DNA from: a virus
Taxonomy: Duplodnaviria; Caudoviricetes
Reading direction: 5' to 3' (one strand)
DNA length: 38,153 nt
IMG/VR virus record: IMGVR_UViG_3300022853_000046
Location: 1-38,153 of that record
In this document: one piece after another, positions 26,703-34,619 of the stretch
How positions within the stretch are numbered: the first letter of the stretch is position 1
Layout of the letters: each line of letters starts with the position of its first letter
The notes under the pieces: model-generated
What the model was told of the DNA's origin: nothing
Seen by the model: the letters and a program-made list of their open reading frames with translations, nothing else
The model's database searches: none
Position numbers and translations under genes: made by a program

Positions 26703-26913
26703 AAAAGAAATAGACGACAGTTTAGAAATACAACCCGGCGACAGTGTGATTGTTATAAGAGCAGACGGTACTATAGGAAAAGTGATTATGCCTGAAGTTA
26801 AAAATGAATTAGACAAGACCCCAGGATATGACAAGGTAATTGAAGTATTAGAGTTATTCAATCCTGATGCTTCTGTTGAGCTGATACAAAAAACTAAAAA
26901 GAAATTAAACTAA
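26695..26913 (+). CDS. Small hypothetical protein (TTG start)
   Basis: SD AAGGAGG at 26682-26688, 6 nt before TTG 26695; TAATG overlap with the next ORF. Confidence 0.65.
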   Translation: MNKKEIDDSLEIQPGDSVIVIRADGTIGKVIMPEVKNELDKTPGYDKVIEVLELFNPDASVELIQKTKKKLN

Positions 26914-27056
26914 TGCTGAAGTTGAAAACCCCGCTTACTCTTAAAATTTATACAAAGAAACCCAACAAATGGATTTTGCTCGATACAGAAACTGGAGAAA
27001 AATACCAAGGAAGAAACAGTAAAATAAAATTCAAACAGTGGAAGAAAATTAACTAA
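26913..27056 (+). CDS. 47-aa basic microprotein missing from the ORF track
   Basis: MLKLKTPLTLKIYTKKPNKWILLDTETGEKYQGRNSKIKFKQWKKIN; TAATG overlaps at both ends exactly fill the gap. Confidence 0.7.
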   Translation: MLKLKTPLTLKIYTKKPNKWILLDTETGEKYQGRNSKIKFKQWKKIN

Positions 27057-27622
27057 TGCCAGATGTAGATATAGATTTTTTTAACAGAGAACAAGCATTA
27101 AAATTATTTAAGCACACTCCCGCGGCAATTATAAAGGAAGACGAATCTGAAAAACACAAAACTGGTGTGTACTTCCATTCTGCTCCGCAGGATCCAATCA
27201 CAGGACATTGCAGTTTGGATTACAAGAAAGCAGAGGAGCGAGGCTATTTTAAAATTGATTGCCTTAATGTTAACATCTACAAAGATGTAACGTCAGAACA
27301 AGAGCTGGTTGAGCTGATGCTGACAGAACCTAATTGGGATTCGCTGAAAGACAAGAGCACAGTGGATCAACTTTTCCACATAAATGGTCATTATGATATT
27401 GTTTCAAAACTAGAACCTAGAACTATAGAACAACTTGCGGCAGTGCTGGCAATTATACGACCTGCCAAACGAGGACTGATGTATAAAGATTGGTCAGAAA
27501 TATTACAAGACGTATGGGTACGTCCCACAGACGGCTCTTATTTTTTTAAAAAATCACACGCAGTGGCTTATGCTCAAGCAATTGTGGTACAAATGAATCT
27601 CATAGCAAAACAGAAAAACTGA
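27056..27622 (+). CDS. dnaE: Miniature DNA polymerase III alpha (DnaE, family C) catalytic-core homolog
   Basis: MPDVDIDF, KHKTGVY, GYFKIDCLN, LAIIRP, YFFKKSHAVAYA in DnaE order within 188 aa. Confidence 0.8.
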   Translation: MPDVDIDFFNREQALKLFKHTPAAIIKEDESEKHKTGVYFHSAPQDPITGHCSLDYKKAEERGYFKIDCLNVNIYKDVTSEQELVELMLTEPNWDSLKDKSTVDQLFHINGHYDIVSKLEPRTIEQLAAVLAIIRPAKRGLMYKDWSEILQDVWVRPTDGSYFFKKSHAVAYAQAIVVQMNLIAKQKN

Positions 27623-27636
27623 TAAATAGTTTTTTA

Positions 27637-27903
27637 GTGTACAACTCAAAAAACAACAACGCTAAAACTCCTCATCACATCACAGTAAATCTATCTTCGT
27701 CGCCTACTACCATGATGGATATTGAGATGATAAAAATATTTGAACAAAGTATTTCTGAAAATAACCCTTATCTTATACAGCTAGACAACACAGATTGGAC
27801 AGACTGGATCAAACGGAGAAGGGAATATTGGGAACAGGAAAAAGGTGTGAGTATAACATATCACACATTAAGCAACAGTGTGTATGTTGTGCCTATGCAA
27901 TAG
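27637..27903 (+). CDS. Small hypothetical protein (GTG start)
   Basis: 88 aa; TAAATA at 27623, 8 nt before GTG. Confidence 0.45.
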   Translation: MYNSKNNNAKTPHHITVNLSSSPTTMMDIEMIKIFEQSISENNPYLIQLDNTDWTDWIKRRREYWEQEKGVSITYHTLSNSVYVVPMQ

Positions 27904-28270
27904 GCCGGCGCATCAATTGGATAGTTCTTCTTTTAATACGTTTCTTGGCAATATCATCTAATCTTACTATAGGTCCATGCACTATCTGAATATCTTTTGT
28001 AGAAAGAGTTACCAGAGAAGTCTTAAAATATCGAAAGTCTTGCCTTAAGAAAATATTGATGGGTATTTTTCTGTTGGATTCCCACCACCAAGTTTCTCCT
28101 AATTTGAGGAATTGAGCCTTGTCTTGCGGTAGCATCAATCTGCCATAATCATAGAAACTGGTCACTTGATTGTCCTGGTTTTGTATTATACCCACAAATT
28201 CTAGATCACCCTTACGTATTAGGGACAGAAATGGGAATTTTTTACCTAGTGTTTCAAAAACTTCGTTCAT
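27893..28270 (-). CDS. Hypothetical phage protein
   Basis: 125 aa; FPFLS..EFVGIIQN..WWWESNRKIPINIFL; divergent from 28303. Confidence 0.72.
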   Translation of the reverse strand: MNEVFETLGKKFPFLSLIRKGDLEFVGIIQNQDNQVTSFYDYGRLMLPQDKAQFLKLGETWWWESNRKIPINIFLRQDFRYFKTSLVTLSTKDIQIVHGPIVRLDDIAKKRIKRRTIQLMRRPIA

Positions 28271-28302
28271 ATGTTTCCAATAAATACTGTTAAATATGTG
28301 CT

Positions 28303-29082
28303 ATGCAAACAGTGTCAAGGTATTTACTTTCCAACATGGTAATAGCCTACATAAATGGTTATCACGGAAGGAACTCTAAGGTGTACGATCGACAGTTAAA
28401 AATATACAAAGGAGTGTCTAATCCTATCACATTTACGTTTAAAAATGAGGATCAAAAATCGCAATTTGTAGACTCTAAAACTTTTGAATTCAACCTAATA
28501 GACACAGAAACAAACAGATCTGTAATAACACGCAGTTTAACTGTTCTAGACGACGGTTCGAGTACATCGACCAAAGGACAGGCAAGTGTGACGCTTACAG
28601 AGGGGGATTTGTTGCAACTAGACGCCAAATTTTACAATTATAGTATCAGAGAAGTGTCCTCAGATGGCACACGCACAGTGACTTTTACCGACACTGCTTA
28701 TAACTCTGCAGGCACAGCAGAAGTATTAACCGGAGGATATCCTCAGTTTACCAACAGCGAAAACATTACTAATTTTACCAGATCTGGTTCTACTAGTACA
28801 TCGTCTGCTGTGGAGGCAAAGCCCGGAATCAATAACAATTCAGCACTGCACACTGTTGCAGTTTATCCAAAAAACTTTGCAGGTACTTTGGTCATAGAAG
28901 GCACAATGGTTTCTACTGCTCCCGGAGATTCAGATTATTTTACAATTGGTACAAATAATATTACCTCATCAGACACAATCACATACTACAACTTCACAGG
29001 TGTGCTACAAAATGTTCGATTCAAATGGACGAACACTAGTGGTAATACCGGTGTGATTGACAAAATCCTATATAGACAGTAA
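28303..29082 (+). CDS. Virion structural protein (beta-sandwich, BppU-like N-domain)
   Basis: T/S/N-rich; IYKGVSNPITFTFKNEDQK; two TAAATA boxes at 28281 and 28291. Confidence 0.55.
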   Translation: MQTVSRYLLSNMVIAYINGYHGRNSKVYDRQLKIYKGVSNPITFTFKNEDQKSQFVDSKTFEFNLIDTETNRSVITRSLTVLDDGSSTSTKGQASVTLTEGDLLQLDAKFYNYSIREVSSDGTRTVTFTDTAYNSAGTAEVLTGGYPQFTNSENITNFTRSGSTSTSSAVEAKPGINNNSALHTVAVYPKNFAGTLVIEGTMVSTAPGDSDYFTIGTNNITSSDTITYYNFTGVLQNVRFKWTNTSGNTGVIDKILYRQ

Positions 29083-29085
29083 ACT
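29057..29085 (+). promoter_or_regulatory. Sigma70-type promoter giving a leaderless primase mRNA
   Basis: TTGACA (29057-29062), 17 nt, TAAACT (29080-29085), 6 nt before ATG 29092; embedded in the upstream gene end. Confidence 0.72.
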
Positions 29086-29091
29086 AGTACA

Positions 29092-30108
29092 ATGAACTTA
29101 ATCCAGTCAACTATTCTGACTGCTTTGCCTGCAGGTAGAAAGAAAACCCCTTCTGGGTGGACTTCTTTTAATGCTCCCTGTTGCATACACAATGGCACCT
29201 CGGCCGACAAAAGGAAACGTGGTGGTATAATGACATCAGCAGATGGCACTGTGAGTTTCCACTGTTTCAACTGTAGTTTTAAAGCATCGTACATGGTTGG
29301 ACGCAGATTATCTCTTAAACTAAAACAGTTTATGGGATGGTTGGGTATTGCAGATGATGTGATAAAGAAACTGGCTCTAGAAGCCATGCGCCATGAAGAG
29401 ACCGGGACCGCATTTGAAAAGAAAAAATTTGTAGACTTCAAGAAAAAAACACTGCCAAAGAATTCACAACATCTGTCTTATTGGCTGGAAAAATATGTGG
29501 GCAACGATCTCACACAGCCTCAATATGAAAAGATAGATCAACTATTGAACTATCTCAAAAAAAGAGGCATTGGAGCAGAATGGTATGATTTTTACTACTC
29601 GCCTGTGCAAGAAGGAAATTTCAATAGACGATTATTAATACCATTTTACTGGCGAGGAGAAACAGTGGGGTACACAGGAAGACTGTTTGATACTCGCAAT
29701 AAAGAAATGAAATATTGGACAGAGACACAGCCTGGCTATGTGTTCAACATGGATGCTCAGGATTGGTCAAGGAAGTTCGTGATAGTAACAGAAGGACCAT
29801 TTGATGCAATTACCATATCTGGGGTGAGTATACTGGGATCAGAGATAAATGATACACAGCGAGAGCTGATAAACGGATTGAACAGACAAGTGATTGTTGT
29901 GCCGGATCAAGACGAAGCCGGACGGAAATTAATAGATCAAGCCATGGAATTTGGTTGGAGTGTGGCATTTCCAGAATGGGGTGTTGGGGTAACTGATGTG
30001 GCCGAGGCAGTACTAAAATACGGAAGACTGTTTACTATACAATCAATACTGAAAACAACAGAGACTAGTAAATTGAAGATAGGATTGACAAGGAAAATAC
30101 ATGGTTAG
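29092..30108 (+). CDS. DNA primase (DnaG/gp61-like)
   Basis: Zn-binding NAPCC...FHCFNC, YLKKRGI, RLLIPF, GYTGR, TOPRIM EGPFDA and PDQDEAG. Confidence 0.9.
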   Translation: MNLIQSTILTALPAGRKKTPSGWTSFNAPCCIHNGTSADKRKRGGIMTSADGTVSFHCFNCSFKASYMVGRRLSLKLKQFMGWLGIADDVIKKLALEAMRHEETGTAFEKKKFVDFKKKTLPKNSQHLSYWLEKYVGNDLTQPQYEKIDQLLNYLKKRGIGAEWYDFYYSPVQEGNFNRRLLIPFYWRGETVGYTGRLFDTRNKEMKYWTETQPGYVFNMDAQDWSRKFVIVTEGPFDAITISGVSILGSEINDTQRELINGLNRQVIVVPDQDEAGRKLIDQAMEFGWSVAFPEWGVGVTDVAEAVLKYGRLFTIQSILKTTETSKLKIGLTRKIHG

Positions 30109-30988
30109 TTTTCACATAGAACCAACTAGTAAATGTGCTTTAGAATGTACGTTGTGTGACCGAACTTGGTTTTACGAAACATTTAAAAAAAGAAACTTAC
30201 ACGAAATCAATGTGGATAACATTGTAAAGTTTATAGGAGTCAACGCAGATATAAATTTATGCGGCAACAACGGTGATCCAATATATCATTCTAAATTCTT
30301 AGCTAACAATTGTAGCCTGCACATACACACAAACGGGTCGGCAAAAACAAAAGCATGGTGGGAGAAGCTCAATAACATGTTAACAAATGATGATTCCATA
30401 GTATTTGCAATAGATGGATTAGCAGACACCAATCATTTATACAGAAAGAATGCTAAGTGGAATTCAATTATGACTGCTGTAACAGTATTAAAAACTAGAA
30501 ATTTTAAAATGGTATGGCAATTTATTCCTTTCAAACACAACCAACATCAGATAGCAGAAGCTATAAAAATGAGTAAAAAATTATCGTTTGACGAATTTAA
30601 ATTAACGAGAAGTGATAGATGGTTAGGCAATAAAGAATTAATGCCGGATAAACAATATATTGACCATTACTACGAGCATCAAAAAAAAGTATTGGTAGAT
30701 GCAACATATAAATCGAATATGTCTCCGTCTTGTCTAAAAAAAGGTATACCAGCATCTAGCTTATACATTGATGCCGAAGGAGACTTTTATCCGTGTTGTT
30801 GGATGGGTACATATCGATATAGATACAAATCGGTATTCTCACCAAAACAAAAATCATTTAACATAAGAGACAACACATTAACTCAAATACTTGAAAACAA
30901 CAGCATAAAAGAGTTTTTTGCCTCAACAAAACAATTTACTTCTGCTCATGAATGTTGTAAAATACAATGTGGAATAAGAAATGACTGA
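30101..30988 (+). CDS. Radical SAM protein with C-terminal SPASM/twitch domain
   Basis: EPTSKCALECTLC (CxxxCxxC), GNNGDP, HTNGS, FAIDG, IDAEGDFYPCC, CCKIQCG. Confidence 0.88.
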   Translation: MVSFHIEPTSKCALECTLCDRTWFYETFKKRNLHEINVDNIVKFIGVNADINLCGNNGDPIYHSKFLANNCSLHIHTNGSAKTKAWWEKLNNMLTNDDSIVFAIDGLADTNHLYRKNAKWNSIMTAVTVLKTRNFKMVWQFIPFKHNQHQIAEAIKMSKKLSFDEFKLTRSDRWLGNKELMPDKQYIDHYYEHQKKVLVDATYKSNMSPSCLKKGIPASSLYIDAEGDFYPCCWMGTYRYRYKSVFSPKQKSFNIRDNTLTQILENNSIKEFFASTKQFTSAHECCKIQCGIRND

Positions 30989-32420
30989 TTATACATTTGA
31001 CGTACAGAAACTATATTTAGAAATGATGATGGCAGATGCTGAATCATTTGCTCGAGCTCAGAATATATTTGATCCTGCTAGTTTTGACAGGAAATTACAG
31101 CCTATTGCAAAATTTATCAAGGACTATGTAGAAGAGTACAAAGTAATGCCTGAAGTAGATCAGGTTAATGCCCCTCATGATATTAAATTAAAAACTGCTC
31201 GAGAGATTGACCCTGCACACTTTAACTGGTTGTTGGACGAATTTGAAATGTTTTCTCGGCACAAAGCCATGGAGCGAGCAATATTAGAATCAGCTGACCT
31301 ACTAGAGCGTGGTGACTATGCGCCTGTGGAAGACAAGATCAAAGAAGCTGTGGGCATAAGTCTCACACGAGATCTAGGCACAGATTATTTTGAAGATCCT
31401 AAAGGCAGACTGGAACATCTTAAAAACTCCAATGGTCAAATCAGCACAGGCTGGGCATCTGTGGACAAGAAACTGTTTGGCGGATTCAACCGAGGCGAAC
31501 TTAATATTTTTGCAGGAGGATCAGGAGCAGGTAAATCGTTGTTCTTACAGAACCTTGCAGTAAACTGGTCGTTGGCAGGACTAAATGTGTGTTACGTATC
31601 TTTTGAATTAAGTGAAGCACTGGTAGCGATGAGATTAGACGCAATGATGTCCGGCGTGCCCACAAGAAAAATATTTCCAGAAATTGACAATGTAGAAATG
31701 AAAATTAAAATGCTTCATAAAAAATCAGGTAATCTACAGATAAAATATCTACCCAGTGGTAGCAATGTTAATGACATTAAAGCATATATTAAAGAGTTGG
31801 AGCTCAAGAACAAAAAGAAAATTGATTGTATTCTAATAGATTATTTGGATCTTATGATGCCCAAGTCTAAAAAGATTTCACCGGCAGATCTGTTCATCAA
31901 AGACAAGTATGTGTCTGAAGAGTTGAGAAACTACGGAGCAGAATCCAAGATGTTAATGGTCACAGCATCACAGTTGAACAGAGCATCTGTGGAAGAGATT
32001 GAGTTCGATCACTCGCATATATCAGGAGGATTGTCCAAAGTACAAACAGCAGACAACGTGATTGGTATCTTTACAAGTCGAGCAATGAAAGAACGAGGCA
32101 GATATCAAATACAGTTCATGAAGACTAGAAGCAGTTCTGGTGTTGGACAAAAGGTGGATTTGGAATTTGATTTAGACACTTTAAGAATTAGGAATTTAGA
32201 CGAAGAAGCAGATTCTGGACAGCACTATAAAAAAACTGCTACAGCCATGTATGATTCCTTAAAAACAAAGAGTAAGGTTTCCACAGACACACCCAAGGAT
32301 GCTCGCAAAGAAGAAATTGATCCTCGTAAAGGTGACGACTTTGGCAAAGTAAAAGCCACAGTTGAAGGCGGCAAACTACGACAGTTGTTGAACGAATTAC
32401 ACTCAGACGAAGAACAATGA
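30981..32420 (+). CDS. Replicative helicase (DnaB/gp41-like)
   Basis: ISTGW, GGSGAGKS, SFELSE, IDYLDLM, TASQLNR, MKTRS. Confidence 0.93.
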   Translation: MTDYTFDVQKLYLEMMMADAESFARAQNIFDPASFDRKLQPIAKFIKDYVEEYKVMPEVDQVNAPHDIKLKTAREIDPAHFNWLLDEFEMFSRHKAMERAILESADLLERGDYAPVEDKIKEAVGISLTRDLGTDYFEDPKGRLEHLKNSNGQISTGWASVDKKLFGGFNRGELNIFAGGSGAGKSLFLQNLAVNWSLAGLNVCYVSFELSEALVAMRLDAMMSGVPTRKIFPEIDNVEMKIKMLHKKSGNLQIKYLPSGSNVNDIKAYIKELELKNKKKIDCILIDYLDLMMPKSKKISPADLFIKDKYVSEELRNYGAESKMLMVTASQLNRASVEEIEFDHSHISGGLSKVQTADNVIGIFTSRAMKERGRYQIQFMKTRSSSGVGQKVDLEFDLDTLRIRNLDEEADSGQHYKKTATAMYDSLKTKSKVSTDTPKDARKEEIDPRKGDDFGKVKATVEGGKLRQLLNELHSDEEQ

Positions 32421-33055
32421 TGCAGGTTGAACTGGTAGATAAAATGGGGTCAGACCTTTCTGTAGTAAATGCGGCTAGGGTTTCTTATGCAAAATTCAAA
32501 GACGAGTTTGAACCACGAGATGAAAAACTTATTAAGTTTCTAGCAGAACACAATCATTGGTCACCATTTGCTCATGCAAGTCTACAGTTTCGAATCAAAG
32601 CACCTGTGTTCGTTGCTCGACAGCTGGTCAAACATCAAGTGGGTCTTGTGTGGAATGAAGTTTCTAGAAGATATGTTTCCAATGATCCAGAACTGTACGA
32701 GACAAAAGAATGGAGAGGTCGACCAGAAGATTCCAAACAAGGATCCGCAGGCATTGTGGAGTTGGATCTCACAGATCAACACATGTTGGACACAGTAACG
32801 CAACAGTGCTTGATTATCTACAACACAATGATTTCAAAAGGCATTGCACCGGAACAAGCAAGGAGTGTGTTGCCACAAAGCATGATGACTGAATGGATAT
32901 GGTCTGGAACACTATACGCATTTGCTCGAGTGTGCAATCTAAGATGTGCCAAAGACACACAACAAGAAACTCAACAGGTAGCTGATCAGATCAGAGACTT
33001 GTGTGCTGAACAGTTTCCCATCAGTTGGAAATACCTGCATGGCCTACATAGTTAA
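32417..33055 (+). CDS. thyX: Flavin-dependent thymidylate synthase
   Basis: [24 protein letters not shown]...[27 protein letters not shown]. Confidence 0.95.
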   Translation: MMQVELVDKMGSDLSVVNAARVSYAKFKDEFEPRDEKLIKFLAEHNHWSPFAHASLQFRIKAPVFVARQLVKHQVGLVWNEVSRRYVSNDPELYETKEWRGRPEDSKQGSAGIVELDLTDQHMLDTVTQQCLIIYNTMISKGIAPEQARSVLPQSMMTEWIWSGTLYAFARVCNLRCAKDTQQETQQVADQIRDLCAEQFPISWKYLHGLHS

Positions 33056-33353
33056 CGACAAGTGCGTGATGTGCAAACACACATCGTGTGTTGAGGTGTG
33101 TCCTGTTGACTGTTTCTATGAAGGTGAGAACATGCTGGTTATCAATCCTGACGAGTGCATCGACTGTGGCGTGTGTGAACCCGAGTGTCCTGTTGATGCT
33201 ATAGAACCTATGGACGCAGGTGATTGGGTGGACTTCAACAAGAAATATGCTGAACAATGGCCTGTGATCACAAAGAAAAAAGATCCGTTGCCTGACCATG
33301 AACAGCACACAGACGAAGCAGACAAGATAGAGAAGTACTTCAAAGGTCGTTAA
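33039..33353 (+). CDS. fdxA: 7Fe ferredoxin (FdxA type)
   Basis: Start ATG 33039: [55 protein letters not shown]. Confidence 0.93.
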   Translation: MAYIVNDKCVMCKHTSCVEVCPVDCFYEGENMLVINPDECIDCGVCEPECPVDAIEPMDAGDWVDFNKKYAEQWPVITKKKDPLPDHEQHTDEADKIEKYFKGR

Positions 33354-33430
33354 CAGCGGAGCGCCAATATTTTTTAGAAAGCGTCAGCGTAAATTTTCTA
33401 AACAGCGATAGCGTACACAGCGTAAGATTT
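33354..33430 (+). repeat. Intergenic array of seven AGCG boxes with about 25-nt periodicity
   Basis: AGCG at 33355, 33360, 33380, 33386, 33404, 33410, 33419, separated by A/T tracts; inverted repeat TTTAGAAA (33373-33380) / TTTCTAAA (33395-33402). Confidence 0.8.
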
Positions 33431-33451
33431 TTGACTCTCACTGGTTAAAGT

Positions 33452-33457
33452 TAAATA
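33452..33457 (+). promoter_or_regulatory. Late promoter core TAAATA heading the RLP operon
   Basis: 8 nt before ATG 33466, no SD. Confidence 0.65.
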
Positions 33458-33465
33458 CACATATA

Positions 33466-33903
33466 ATGATATACATTGCTCACCGAGGGAACACCAGCGG
33501 TATAGACACTGCACAGGAAAACACAGTTTCATACATTACTCAAGCAATTGCAGACGGATTTGATGTGGAAATTGATATTTGCAAATGGGACGGAGAATAT
33601 TTCTATCTAGGACACGATGTGCCAGGAGAAGCAGTAACACCCGGGTGGTTACAGTCTAATCCCTTGTGGGTACACGCAAAGGACCACACAGCACTACATG
33701 AACTCATTAAAAAGAACATACACTGTTTTTGGCATGACAAAGACAGGTACACCATCACAAGTCGTGGGTACATCTGGGCATATCCGGGAGAACCGGGTGG
33801 CGAACGATGCATATGTGTGCATCCGGAACAGAGAGATGACTGGAAACAGTTTGCAGGCATCTGCGGAGATAATGTCAAACAATACAAGGAGCAACCACAA
33901 TGA
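33466..33903 (+). CDS. Short GDPD/PI-PLC-like phosphodiesterase
   Basis: IAHRGN, QENT, GFDVEIDI, LGHD, WVHAK, GYIWAYPG, GICGD. Confidence 0.75.
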   Translation: MIYIAHRGNTSGIDTAQENTVSYITQAIADGFDVEIDICKWDGEYFYLGHDVPGEAVTPGWLQSNPLWVHAKDHTALHELIKKNIHCFWHDKDRYTITSRGYIWAYPGEPGGERCICVHPEQRDDWKQFAGICGDNVKQYKEQPQ

Positions 33904-34619
33904 AAATAATAGTACCAATGGCAGGAGCTGGATCTAGATTTGAAAAGGCCGGCTACACATTTCCCAAACCTTTGATAGAAGTCAAAGGACAACCCATGAT
34001 TGCTAAAGTGGTGGAGAATTTAAACCTACAAGGACAGTACATCTTCCTGGTACAGAAGTCACACTACGAGAAATACGATCTACAACGACTGTTGACGTTG
34101 ATTGCACCTGGCTGTGCTATTGTGCAAATAGACGGCTTAACCGAGGGAGCGGCCTGCACTATATTACAGGCTCGGGAATTGATCGACAACAACGAACCTT
34201 TGATAATCTCAAATTCAGATCAATGGATAGAATGGAACAGCACTGAAACAATTGGTTCATTCAATCACGAAGACTCAGATGGAGGCATATTGACTTTCAA
34301 CAGTGTGCATCCAAAACACAGTTTTGCAAAGATAGACGAGCATGGATATGTCACAGAGGTTGCTGAGAAGAATCCCATATCAAACAATGCCACAGTGGGC
34401 ATCTATCATTGGAAACGAGGATCAGACTTTGTGAAATACGCTGATCAAATGATTGCAAAGGACATCAGAACCAACAATGAATTTTATGTGTGTCCTGTGT
34501 ACAATGAAGCTGTGCAGGATGGTAAAAAAATAAAAGTCAGTCAGGTGGATGCAATGTGGGGTATGGGCACACCGGAGGAACTCAACAACTTCTTGGCCAA
34601 CCACCGGCAAGACAAATAA
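33900..34619 (+). CDS. Sugar-phosphate nucleotidyltransferase (GT-A/NTP transferase)
   Basis: PMAGAGSRF...PKPLIEV, TEGAACT, NSDQ, VAEKNPIS, NEFYVCPVYN, MGTPEEL. Confidence 0.88.
   Translation: MKIIVPMAGAGSRFEKAGYTFPKPLIEVKGQPMIAKVVENLNLQGQYIFLVQKSHYEKYDLQRLLTLIAPGCAIVQIDGLTEGAACTILQARELIDNNEPLIISNSDQWIEWNSTETIGSFNHEDSDGGILTFNSVHPKHSFAKIDEHGYVTEVAEKNPISNNATVGIYHWKRGSDFVKYADQMIAKDIRTNNEFYVCPVYNEAVQDGKKIKVSQVDAMWGMGTPEELNNFLANHRQDK

Noticed and set aside
5722-32420. Inteins or introns in terminase, UvsX, UvsW, primase or helicase
   Set aside because: All have normal lengths, contiguous motifs and no C...HN splice signatures.
33354-33430. Mini CRISPR array or tRNA
   Set aside because: Repeats are only 4-6 nt with degenerate flanks, there is no repeat-spacer structure of CRISPR size, and no cloverleaf or TTC loop is evident.
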